Positions 53,001 to 64,000 of a stretch of 64,000 nucleotides of DNA are shown in pieces. The DNA lies in the NCBI RefSeq assembly GCF_001194135.2, contig NC_068993.1, positions 36,273,407-36,337,406 on the forward strand, read 5' to 3'. Source of the stretch: Octopus bimaculoides. Taxonomy: Eukaryota. The position numbers and the translations under genes are program-made. Positions within the stretch are counted from its first letter, which is position 1, and every line of letters begins with the position of its first letter. A model generated the notes under the pieces. That model had not been told where the DNA came from. It saw nothing but the letters and a program-made list of their open reading frames with translations, and ran no database searches.

Positions 53001-53220
53001 GTATTAAATCTCTGGTGCGGCAAAATAACATCCTAGATTCACCGTTATTGACACTCGCTGTGCATCAGTCCAGACAACAATGGTAACTGTAAACAAACGG
53101 TAGAACATTAGCGATATGAACACACCATTTTTATTTGTCTAAAATCATAATTAATGATCATGTAAAATATAGGAAGGTTGTTTTTGTATCTTGTATATAG
53201 TTTTTGTTTATGGTTGTTGT

Positions 53221-53446
53221 TTTTTACTTGTTTCAGTCATTAGACTGCGGCCATTGAAGAATTTTTAGTTTAATGTATTGACCCCAGTACTTATTTTCTT
53301 TTAAGCCTAGTACTTATTCTATCGGTGCCTTTTGCTGAACCGCTGATTTACGGGATCGTAAACACACCAAACACAGTTGTCATGCAATGAGGAGCGGGGA
53401 CAAACACACACATCCACACACATCCACACACACATATAAATATATG

Positions 53447-53497
<51 letters not shown>

Positions 53498-53852
53498 TTA
53501 GATAGATAGATACGAGACAAACGCTCAAGATGTTATCTAAATAACATTTTGAGCGTTTGTTTCCATTTTCCATTATTCCTAAGTTCCTCAAAACAAGTCT
53601 CACTTCTCGGAATTAGCTCCCACGCAAGTGTGAGTACTAATTCCTTGGGCGCTTATGTGACATTTGGTTACCTTGTAACTGTCTCTCTGGATGGTCTTCT
53701 TTCAGTTTCCGCCTATCAAATCCACTCACAAGGCTTTGGTCGGCCCGAGACTATAGAAGAAGTCACTTGCCCATGGTGCCATGAAGTAGGGCTGAACTCC
53801 GAACCATGTGGCTGGGAAGCAAGTTTATTACCACACTGCCACATCTGCACCT
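53221..53852 (-). mobile_element. CORE-like SINE (head 53690-53852, tail 53221-53410, expanded middle)
   Basis: Head ggtgcagatgtggcagtgtggtaataaac...ggcaccatgggcaagtg...gaaactgaaagaagacc; tail as in 18148-18340. Confidence 0.8.
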
Positions 53853-53951
53853 AAAATAAGAATGACCGTTTTATGAATTCGTGTGTCATCCTTGTATAGG
53901 GGCCATGCTAATCCTCTCTATGTCGTTCCAATTTTAGCTTATGTACTGCCG
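53853..53951 (-). pseudogene. U6: U6 snRNA pseudogene
   Basis: Reverse complement CGGCAGTACATAAGCTAAAATTGGAACGACATAGAGAGGATTAGCATGGCCCCTATACAAGGATGACACACGAATTC..TATTTT aligns to U6. ACAGAGA is changed to ATAGAGA and the ISL loop GCGCA to ATACA. Confidence 0.92.
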
Positions 53952-54342
53952 GGACATCCGAGTTCCATAATCTAACACCAAGCTTTTGTGTAAACGTTTT
54001 ACATAATTAGTAGTTGTTGTTGATAATAGCGGTGCATTGCGGTGCCCATAATTAATGCTTATTAGTGAAAATTATATCAACTATGAGACATGAACGTACT
54101 TAACTTGTCCTGACTAAAATTCGTTCATTCATTCATTGTCATTCATTCACTCATTGCTATTCATTCATTCATTCATTATCATTCATTTAGTCTTTCATTC
54201 ATGAGAAAGTAGTTCCTCTCCGAAAGAAATGCGTTTGAAAACAAAATCACACATTTAATTCATAAAGGTTAGACAATGATTAAGTTATTTTTTGCTTTGT
54301 TGTTATTGTTGTTGTTATTGTTATCATTATTATTGTTATTCA

Positions 54343-54520
54343 GGCAGAATCGTTAGCACGTCGGACAAAATGATTATAGGCATTTCTTCCGGGATCAACT
54401 TTTGCCTTTCGTTGTTTTAGGGGGTCGATAAAATAAATACCAGTTAAGCACTGGGATCGAGGTAATCAACTAGCCATTCCTCTCAAAAGTTCAGGCCATT
54501 TGCCTATAGTAGAAAGAATT
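54343..54520 (+). mobile_element. Meta-domain-like SINE with a private internal deletion
   Basis: gcagaatcgttagcacg...catttcttccgggatcaact (B-box segment lost)...ggggtcgataaaataaataccag. Confidence 0.85.
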
Positions 54521-55059
54521 GTTGTTGTTGTAAAGAACCACAGCAAGTTGTTTCACTAGGAGCGACATTGTATGAAGCGATAGGTCTACGGTTCAAATCC
54601 AGACGATTTCTTATATCCATTATAAGAACACTTAAACACATTTTCTTCGAAAAAGTGTACTACACGAAATGCTAGTACACATTAACTTATTTTACGAATT
54701 GTTGTTGTTGTTGGTGGTGGTGGTGGTGGTGGCGGCGGTGGCGGCGGCGGCGGTAACGGCAGCGGNNNNNNNNNNNNNNNNNNNNNNNNNNNNNNNNNNN
54801 NNNNNNNNNNNNNNNNNNNNNNNNGCGATGGCAGTGGCGGTGGTGGTGGCAGCTGCCCACGCAGACTTTCGCTAACTCCTTCGTACTCCACATATTTCCC
54901 TATTAATTATTAAACAACCTGATCTACTCACTGACTTATTGAGTACTGCGTTAGGTATGTGCATTATGTCATTCCCCTTTGTTTAACGGATTGTAGGTTT
55001 TCTTTCTCATGTAGCTTGTAAATGTAAACACTTGAGCCGATCGGAATGAAGCCTTTACT

Positions 55060-55270
55060 AGTAATCATTTCTACCATAGGCAAAAAGGCCTGAAATTTGC
55101 GGGGAGGGGCAAGTGTATTACATCGACTCCGGTGTTCATCTGGTAAGTCTTTCAACCCGAAAGGATGAAAGGCAAATCGATCTCGGCGGAATTTGTACTT
55201 GGAAGGTAAAGACGGAAGAAATGCCGCTAAGCATTTTGTCCGGAGTGCTAACAATTCTGTCAGCTCACCC
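55060..55270 (-). mobile_element. Meta-domain-like SINE
   Basis: aggatgaaaggcaaatcgatctcggcggaattt...ctaacaattctgtcagctc. Confidence 0.85.
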
Positions 55271-55358
55271 AATGGCTTTTCATATAGGTATTAGGCCGTA
55301 CATTTTATTGGTATTAGGCCGTACAAATGGCTTGCACATTTATTGGTATTAGACAGTA

Positions 55359-55507
55359 CAAATGGCCTGAACTTTTGAGAGGAGTGGCTAGTTGATTACC
55401 CTGACCCCAGTGCTTAACTGGTACTTATATTATCGACCCCTAAAACAACGAAAGGCAAAGTTGATCCCGGAAGAAATGCTTATAAGCATTTTGTCCGACG
55501 TGCTAAC
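55359..55507 (-). mobile_element. Meta-domain-like SINE, inverted twin of 54352-54502
   Basis: Carries the same deletion junction and diagnostic ctttcgttgttttagggg. Confidence 0.85.
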
Positions 55508-57302
55508 ATACATAATTAACGTCATAATTAACGTCAGAACTTTCAATTATGAAAGGTGAATTCGGTTCTAGTAAGAAACGAGCTCAATACAGCAGCTCAT
55601 TTATTTCGGCGCCTTGCTGTTTCTGCCGACTTGTCACTCTACTAAGTGTCTCTAATATAAGTACAAGGCCAGAAATTTAGGGAGAGGGTTAGTCGATGAA
55701 ACCAACTTCAGTATATGACTGGTACATTATTTTACCAACTCTCAAAAAATGAAAAATTAAGTTGACCTCGTAGATAAGAGAATTTGAACTTGCAACGCAA
55801 ACAACCGACAAGTCTTTGTTTGGTATGCTAACGATTCTACCAATCGACCGTGACGGTACTGCTGTGATTTAGATAGTGATGATTTCCAACAATATCTCAA
55901 GCCCCTAAGTCAATAGGTGCATAAGATGGTTTAATCTACTCTAGAACACAACGAGAGACGAAGAAACGAAGACTTTACTTTTGGGAGTTCTGAGTAAGGC
56001 CAAGATTAGTGGACAGTTGCCTCTTGAATGGTAGTATGCAGGCCAATGACTAAAAAGAAAAGACCAATTTTCATCTTTTTCGAGCCAATCAAATAAGTAC
56101 CAGTTAAACTCTGGGGTCGAAATTGTTGGTCTTGTGCCAAATTTTGAAACTATTATTATAACGGTTGAAACTTTAATGAAATCCATAAGTCCTAAAAATC
56201 AAATTAAGCCAATTCCTGCTGTTTCTCTTGCATGATTTATTATCTTGTCTCAATGTTTATACCCCATCTGCTCTAACAGCACCCAGCTGTCTCCACAATT
56301 GTTATTTCTTACCTCTCTCTATCTACGACAACCATCTTTAATAACGCCTTTTATAACCTGATTATAACAAGTTTCCGTGAACCTTCCAAGTCAGTATTGC
56401 AGTTTTTGAATATATATATGTATGTGTGTGCATGTGTGTTTGTGCAATACACATACACATATATCTACATACACATACATTCACATATGGTAAAGACCTC
56501 TTTCGGTCATGAATGACCTTGGTATTGCAACTAGAATGTTACCCTCTGAGGCACGCATATATAGGTTTCTATATACACATACATATATATGGGGGGCGTC
56601 TGTGTGTGTGTGCGTGCGTGTGTGTGTGGGGGGGGGTGAATAGAACAAATAAGAGAAGTAAGGAGAGAGAGTAAGTTGTTATTTCACTCGTTTAGAGCTG
56701 TTTCATAATCTTGTTAGTTATATGATAGATATTGCACTATCATTCACATGTATACAAAATATGGAAATGAATATGTATGCGTGTGTACACCCATATAAAC
56801 AGGTGAACTGCGAAGTAAAGCTAACAGACTAATCTTCAGAACGATTCGATGTTTTGGGCTACCATGACTCTTTCTGAAGATCAATCTGTTCGTGTTACTC
56901 GTCAGCACACTTATGTATACGGGGGCGCACGCACATATATATTTATATCTATTAATGGTTTGTAGGTACGTCATATCTCGTTATGCAATAAGATCTCATT
57001 GTTTGTTTACATCTGACGTCACGTATACGAAATGTAGCAACAAAAATATCTGTAGAGACAACCTTAACAAAGTAATGTAAAAGTGCACTGCTAGCACAGT
57101 AGAACGTGGTATTGACTTATAAAAACGTTTAATATACTTCATAAGATATTATGGTCGCTTAACGAAATACCACATACCTACAAGTCTTTAATATTTATAT
57201 ACCGACTTCCAGGAATGCGTTTAATATGTAAATTGGTATATTCAATAGCTATACACCGCTATATATATAGTGAGTATTTAAGCAATGTGTTCGAGGATAA
57301 TT

Positions 57303-57373
57303 AATGGGTTACATGGGTGCTGATGAAAGGGCAAAATCCCTCCGAAATAAGGCATATACGCCTATTACCCATT
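57303..57373 (+). ncRNA. Partly decayed type I hammerhead motif
   Basis: aatgggt..gggtg-CTGATGA-a-aggg caaaat ccct-cc-GAAA-t aaggc a-TA-tacgcc..acccatt. Confidence 0.4.
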
Positions 57374-59614
57374 TTACATCTTCGACCTCATCTGACGTCT
57401 AGTATACGAAACGTAGCAACAAAAATCAGTGCTAGCTATAATTTCTATAGAATATCTGCAGAGATAACCTTAACAAAGTAATTTACATTTTATATACGCG
57501 CGTCTTCGTCTCTTATATACGTGAGAATGTCGATGTAATATCTATTTTATAAGAAACAAGATTAGGAAATAGCTGTAAACGAATGGGATAAACATCTGTT
57601 CTCTCACCTCACTTGTGTTATCTGTTCTATTCATATGCATTCTCTCCGCCATTATAAATCCCGGATTCAGAACAACGCTGAGGTTTATCCTAAACTCAAT
57701 TACGGTCATTCTTGTAAGCCATGCACTCGACAGAGAGCTTAATGTAAGATCTGTTTGATTCTTTGAATCCGTATATCTATATCTATAAGAGAGTTTGTAT
57801 ATGTGTATGTGTGTGTGTGTGTATTCCTTATTCATTCCAAAACCGAATATTTTTGACGTATGGGATATCAAAAGGTTCAGTACTATTTCCACTACCAACT
57901 AAACTTTATTTTCATTCACATATTTGCATTACAAAAATTTAACATTATAATCTTTTCCATAAGTCAACTATCGTAAACATTTTATGCGATGACGACGACC
58001 ATGACATCACATTTTCTATATGAATGCGTATCTTCAATGACATCCATCATTACGACACACACCTTCATTCACTCACTCTATCTCTCTCTTTCTTTTTCGC
58101 ACGCACATGCACGTACACATACACACACACACATCCATTTCATATACACATACATATATCTTTCACTTTCTCATCTCCACTTTTCGCTTTCTCTTTCCTT
58201 TGAATTTCTTCTCTCTTCAAAGCATAAACAAATAAATCTTTACGAAATGAGTGAGAGAAACACAGAATGAGAAAAAGACGGAGAGACAAGAGAAAGAAAC
58301 GGAGACAGAAAACAAGTTTCTATAGGAGAAGATGAAAGACAGGGATAGCGGGTGAGAGAGAAATGCTGGTGTTTCATACCCTATGTATGTAGTATATTTG
58401 AAAGTGAAAGAAAGCCGACAGAAAGTTGATACTGTGAGTATGTTCTACATGAAAGAAAGCCGGTACAAAAACAGGGGGAAAGCGGGAAAGAAGGAGACGC
58501 TGAGAACCCCACAAATGAGATCGGGGTCATTATTTTCAGGTCATTTTCACTTTCGTCCCATGTTCCACGCGTGCGTAGAATTAGGCATTATCTCTCTCTT
58601 TCAAAATCTCATTATAATGTACGGATACCTTATGCTGTCAACATATTACAACCTCACTATATTTCCTTCTTTTAGAATTAAGAAAGGTATGCAAAAACAA
58701 CTTCCTTCTGTTATTTTTTTGCTGTCCGCTGAATTGCTGCTCTAATCTTATGGAAATTACCTTTTCCCATTCTGTCGTTCCTGTTTGAGATGAACGTATT
58801 TCAAAACCTGATCTTCCATTTAAACTTACAAGGAAGTTATCTCAGAAATCCTGTTCTTCACCTTTTGTTTCTAGCATGTCGAGATGACATTTGCGTCCAT
58901 CACCCACCCACCCTTATTTCTTTCCTAAATTTCCTCACATTCCTATGTTTTCCATACAGGAGATTTGCATTTCACCCGAAAGCAGGTAGCTGATAGGTGG
59001 CCGACGAAAAATTAAACTTTCAAAAGCAAACTATATTTCCCGTATTCGTAAATTTTCATCCACGTGGATAAAGAACAAAATTCGAAAAACAGTTAAAAAT
59101 TAGGAAATTTCAATGGGGAGGGGTGAAATTATCATTGTGAAAACATCATTTCTGGGTAAAATCATATTAACCTCTTTTTATTCGATGAAAGAGTACATAG
59201 TTTGTGATCCTTCTTAAGAACGTAAATCACTTTCATGCAAAGTGTCCCTCCCCACCATCTTCGCTTCTGGACAAACAATAACTTCTATTAAGTCAGTAAT
59301 CCACTCCACTATATATCAGCTGACAGAATGCATTACGCTTATCAACACCGAACATAGCCAAATCATTCAGAGTTTACCGCTTCTTCTCATAAAAACGGTA
59401 TACAAATTGACATGAATTTTTCCACATCTATTCATTCGTTACTAAAAAATGAAATTATCCAATGCACAACTTCAAATTGCTATGTCATCCATCTTATACG
59501 TTCCTTAATCATTCGCTATTTTCAGCCATGCCACCAAAACGAACACATTCTAATTTATCTCCACAAACAAGGACCGCAAAGAAAACTGCCTCTATTCTTG
59601 TCCAAGAAAACTCA

Positions 59615-60725
59615 CTTTAGCGATTCCCAAATGTGCATTATTTCAATGCAATCCCCGACGGCAGGAGTTCTGTTCCAAACTATACTTATTGTCTGGTATG
59701 ACTGCACGATGGCACACTGTGGTGCATTAGAAGCCCTAGTTAGATCACAAAGGGATATTAGAAACAATACTGCTATTATTAGGGGTGCGGGCTTAACTGT
59801 TGTCCTCACAGGGGATTTCCGTCAAATATTACCAATCATACCACGGGGTAGACGAGCTGACGACATCTATGTGTGTCTGGAGTTTTCACTTCTGTGGAGG
59901 TTTGTTCGTCAGCTTTCATTAAGCAACAATATGCGAGCTCATCTCTACAACGACTCCTCAGCTGAGGAATTCTTTCATCAACATCTACAAATTGGAAATG
60001 GCGCCTTGCCGTTGAATAACACCCTGCAACAGCATGTACTGCAATGTGGGCACATAGTGTCTGCATTGGTCGAGCTTAAAGAAAAGGTATTTCCCACATT
60101 ACAAGACAACTTCAAAAACATAGCATGGTTCGCAGAGCAAGCTTTTTTAGCACCTTAGAATGAAAGTGTTGACAAAATAAACCATGAACTTCTCCACATT
60201 CTACTTGGAGATGTTTCAACGTTTGTCTCCATTGATACTACCATCGACGAACATGCCGCTGTTAAATATCTAGTTGAATTTCTCAACTCACTACAACCCA
60301 CAGGACTGCCACCGCATAAGTTGTTCCTAAAGAAAGTTACACCTACATGCACTTGAAGAAATTGGACCCACCACGACTATGCAATAGTACAAGATTAACT
60401 GTAACTACAATGACAAGTCATGTCCTAGAAGCCACCATTATTGTCAGCTGCCATCGAGGAGAGATCGCATACATTCTACTCATTCCCCTTATTCCCTCAA
60501 ATGTGCCATTTTAATTCAAGCACCTCCAGTTCCCAGTGCAATTGAGCTTCACTATGACAATCAACAAAGCCCAGGGTCAAAATTGTCGGTCTCAATTAAA
60601 AATTCCCTGCTTTTCTCATGGACAACTATATGTCGCATGCTCTCAAGTTAGCAGTGCAGGTGACTTGTATATCTATTCTACCAACACTGGACTTACGCAA
60701 AACATAGTTTACCCAGGAGTATTGT
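59615..60725 (+). pseudogene. Helitron RepHel C-terminal PIF1-like helicase remnant
   Basis: LIVWYDCTMAH..ALEAL, VLTGDFRQILP, LSNNMR, VEFLNSL..TGLPPHKL, QFPVQLSFTMTINKAQGQ, FSHGQLYVACS, TQNIVYPGVL; with stops and frameshifts. Confidence 0.93.
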
Positions 60726-61075
60726 CGGCTTCACTAAACATATGTTGAAGTGTGCAGTCTACCCAAACATTACAAAGATGATGCTTTTCACAATGAAGCA
60801 TCTTTCTTTCCATGTACCTTACTTTCTATATATATATATAGCTGTAATAGCGATAATAGTGGTATGCGGTATTAGCGATAATTACACCACAGCTGGAAAC
60901 TGATTGGTGATGAAAGTAGGAGATAACCCCTTACCTTTTACCCTTATAGCCGACTGGTGGTGTAGCTAAAGGACGACACAGCCGGAAGCCGATGACCAGC
61001 GGCAAAGGGGGATAATCCCCGTTGTTTCTATCTATCGTTTCCCCTTTCATATATTAAAGAGGCCATAGACCAACA

Positions 61076-61146
61076 GGTCTTAGGGTCTGACGATTAGCCA
61101 TAAAGGTTACCTTTATGGTGAGAAACCCAGGGTAACACTATAAACC
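61076..61146 (+). ncRNA. Candidate type I hammerhead ribozyme with intact core
   Basis: ggt ct tagggt-CTGACGA-tta g ccataaag gttac ctttatgg tga-GAAA-cc cag gG-TA-acacta taa acc. Confidence 0.7.
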
Positions 61147-61159
61147 GGCCTTCACCAGT

Positions 61160-61237
61160 AATAAATATGATCGCTAAATCCACAAGTTTGTTTATTCTCT
61201 CTCTCTTTTTCTCTCTCTCTCTTTTTCTTTCTCTCTC

Positions 61238-61274
<37 letters not shown>

Positions 61275-61420
61275 TTATTTCCCTGTGTTCCTTCCTGTTG
61301 AAGAGCGTAGGCTCGAAACGTAAAAGACTTTCTCACTTTCCCGAGCGTCAAATTAATACACCTGCTTGTTGTTTACATACCTGTCTTCGTCTTTTGCTTT
61401 TCTTTAAATTTCAACTATAT
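61160..61420 (+). mobile_element. Penelope-type mini element with (CT)n expansion and variant-core hammerhead (61291-61326)
   Basis: gatcgcta..., cttc-CTGTTGA-a-gagc gtag gctc-GAAACGTA-aaag..., cctgtcttcgtcttttg; same family as 34557-34752. Confidence 0.7.
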
Positions 61421-61742
61421 ATATNNNNNNNNNNNNNNNNNNNNNNNNNNNNNNNNNNNNNNNNNNNNNNNNNNNNNNNNNNNNNNNNNNNNNNNNNNNN
61501 NNNNNNNNNNNNNNNNNNNNATATAGCAGAAGGAACAGAGTGACTCAAGGTCCGAGAGTTCGATAAGTACCAGTGCATGGAACTCTCGGACCTTGAGTCA
61601 CTGTTACTTCTGCTAAATATTAATAAAAATATACATACACTTATATTTTGAGTTCCATTTTTCCTGTTTGCATCAATATATCTGTGTGTGCGCGCGCATG
61701 TGTATGTGTGTGCGTGTATGTGTATAAAACTAAACGGACAGC

Positions 61743-61794
<52 letters not shown>

Positions 61795-62846
61795 ATGAAT
61801 GAGATATAACAAACAAACCAATTCCTTCTCCTTCTCCTTCTCCTGCAACTGCAACGATCTCTTTTCGCAATTTATGGTCACACCTTGAAGTGATCTTTAG
61901 AATTTCTGCTACTTACTTTTTTAAAAAAAAAAGACGTTAAATACCTCTTGTTGACCCAATTACGAAACGAAGCTAACAGTCTTAGATCTCTACTGCAGAG
62001 AACTAATTATTTCCTTTATTGATGGTGGCAATCAAGTTGATGTTATTGCTTACGAGAGGGTCAAGTTGAATTCATAGACATTGCATACTCAACGATACGA
62101 TAATTTATGATAAATTGGAGAAAACAACCTGTTTAGTATCATTATTATTACGATCATCATCATCCTAATCATCGCTGTTTTTGTTGTTGTTAATGCTGTT
62201 TGTTTGGTTGTTTCTCCTTCGAAATCAATTTTAATACACTGTAACTTCTTGTTAATGTAACCTCATTTTTAGCAAAGGCTGTCACCACCACTACCATCAT
62301 CACTCCCACTCCCATTCCCTTCCACTCCTCTCATTTCTATGTGCGCGCGCACGTATGTATGTATGTATGTATGTATGTATGTATGTATGCGTGTGCGTAT
62401 ATGTCTGAGTGTATGTGTAAGAATATGAGTGTATGTGTGAGAAAGAGAAGCCCAGTCACTTTCCAAGCGTTCAAATGTCTGCGTATGTGTATGTATGTAT
62501 ATTTATGTGTGTGTCTGTGTGTATATATACATACACATACACACACGGACACTTAGACACAGACACTTAGACACAAACACATACCACATAGTATTATTGC
62601 ATAACATTTCTTTAACCGATGTTGGCATATCAGTATGCACGTGTCCATACACGCAAGCACGCAAACACGCACATATGCACTACATACATACATGCATACA
62701 CACAACACGCTCATAAGAAACTCATAATTCAAGAAGCTAAGGCCAATTACGTAAGGGAGAACTCAATAATATAAGATTGAAGTAGCGACTCCTTTGAATA
62801 AACAATGCGTGTGGTGTGGTGAATGTGTGCGTGTGCGTGTGTGTGC

Positions 62847-62894
<48 letters not shown>

Positions 62895-63124
62895 ATTGGA
62901 TGTGTGAAGCAGGTATGAAGGAGTGGTTAAGTTCACTTCGTTATCATGAGATGTCGGGTTCCATCTTCCATCCCAACTCTCAGCAATATGATGCCTTCGC
63001 TCTTGGTGTTTTACGCTATTATTTTCCTGATCCTTACTTCCTAAATACTTTATGGAAATCATTTATTTCATTACATTTCTCTCTCTCATTTTCTGTATTT
63101 CACTCACAGTATCTCCCCACCCTC

Positions 63125-63146
63125 TCTTTATCTATCTATCTATCTA

Positions 63147-63241
<95 letters not shown>

Positions 63242-63286
63242 GTCTGTCTGTCTGTCTATCTATCTGTCTGTCTGTCTGTCTATCTA

Positions 63287-63364
<78 letters not shown>

Positions 63365-63490
63365 NNNNNNNNNNCTATCTATTTATCTATCTATCTATCT
63401 ATTTGTCTATCTATCTGTCTGTCTGTCTGTCTATCTATCTGTCTGTCTGTCTGTCTATCTATCTGTCTGTCTGTCTGTCTGTTTGTCTAT
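63125..63490. repeat. Compound (TATC)n/(TGTC)n tetranucleotide array
   Basis: Direct reading. Confidence 0.95.
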
Positions 63491-63568
63491 CTCTTTCACT
63501 CTTTCTCTTCATTTTACTCTCCATCAAATATCCTTTTCTGCTCTCCTAACAATATTAGAATAGTCAAA

Positions 63569-63998
63569 GGCAGCGAGCTGGCATAATCGTTAGCACGCTG
63601 AGCAAAATGCTTAGTGACATTTCGTCCGTCTTGACGTTCAAATTCCGTCGAGATCGATTTTATCTTTCGTCTTCGGGGTCGATAAAATAAGTACCAGTTG
63701 AGAACTGGAATCGATATAACAGACTTCACACCTCTCCCGAATTTGTTGACCTTGTACTAAAATTTGAAATTAGTATTAGAATAGTTAGCAAGGCGGCGAA
63801 CTGACAGAATCATTAGCATGCCGGGCAAAATGCTAAGCGGCATTTCGTCTGTCTTTACGTTCTGACTTCAAACTCTGCTGAGGTCGACTTTGCCTTTGAT
63901 CCTTTCGAGATCGATAAAATAAGCCCTAGTTGAGTACTGGTGCGATGTCACCGACTTACAAATTGTTGCGCTAGTTCCAAAATTTGAAACCAGTTTTA
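63569..63998 (+). mobile_element. Two head-to-tail Meta-domain-like SINEs (63569-63770 and 63792-63998)
   Basis: Two ggc(a/g)gcga heads; the first copy is flanked by a(a/g)tattagaatagt. Confidence 0.9.
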
Positions 63999-64000
63999 GA

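Noticed and set aside
54669-54893. Poly-Pro/Ala/His ORFs
   Set aside because: (GGT)n/(GGC)n trinucleotide repeat around a gap, with no flanking coding context.

Overview
AT-rich, gap-ridden eukaryotic DNA whose repeat content points to an octopus (coleoid cephalopod); this is inferred from the SINE and Penelope repertoire, not from a database match. No host protein-coding exon could be supported, and most ORF-track entries are microsatellite or N-gap artefacts. The window contains at least four tRNA-headed SINE families (Meta-domain-like, CORE-like with an internal microsatellite, an RTE-tailed family and an (AAC)n-tailed family). It also holds decayed transposon coding fragments (two Dong/R4, RTE, Chapaev3, pogo/Tigger, mariner, Helitron RepHel, Penelope-like), MITEs and many simple repeats. 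Three things stand out. (1) A dispersed set of type I hammerhead ribozyme motifs: three with complete catalytic cores (7632-7674, 29469-29538, 61076-61146), one partly decayed (57303-57373), and a multi-copy mini-hammerhead family with U at normally invariant core position 6 (34615-34650, 49767-49802, 61291-61326). (2) A U6 snRNA pseudogene fused directly to the 5' end of a CORE-type SINE (53221-53951, minus). (3) Several long fold-back or inverted structures and an old tandem duplication in the first 10 kb. Repeat boundaries are approximate, read by eye.
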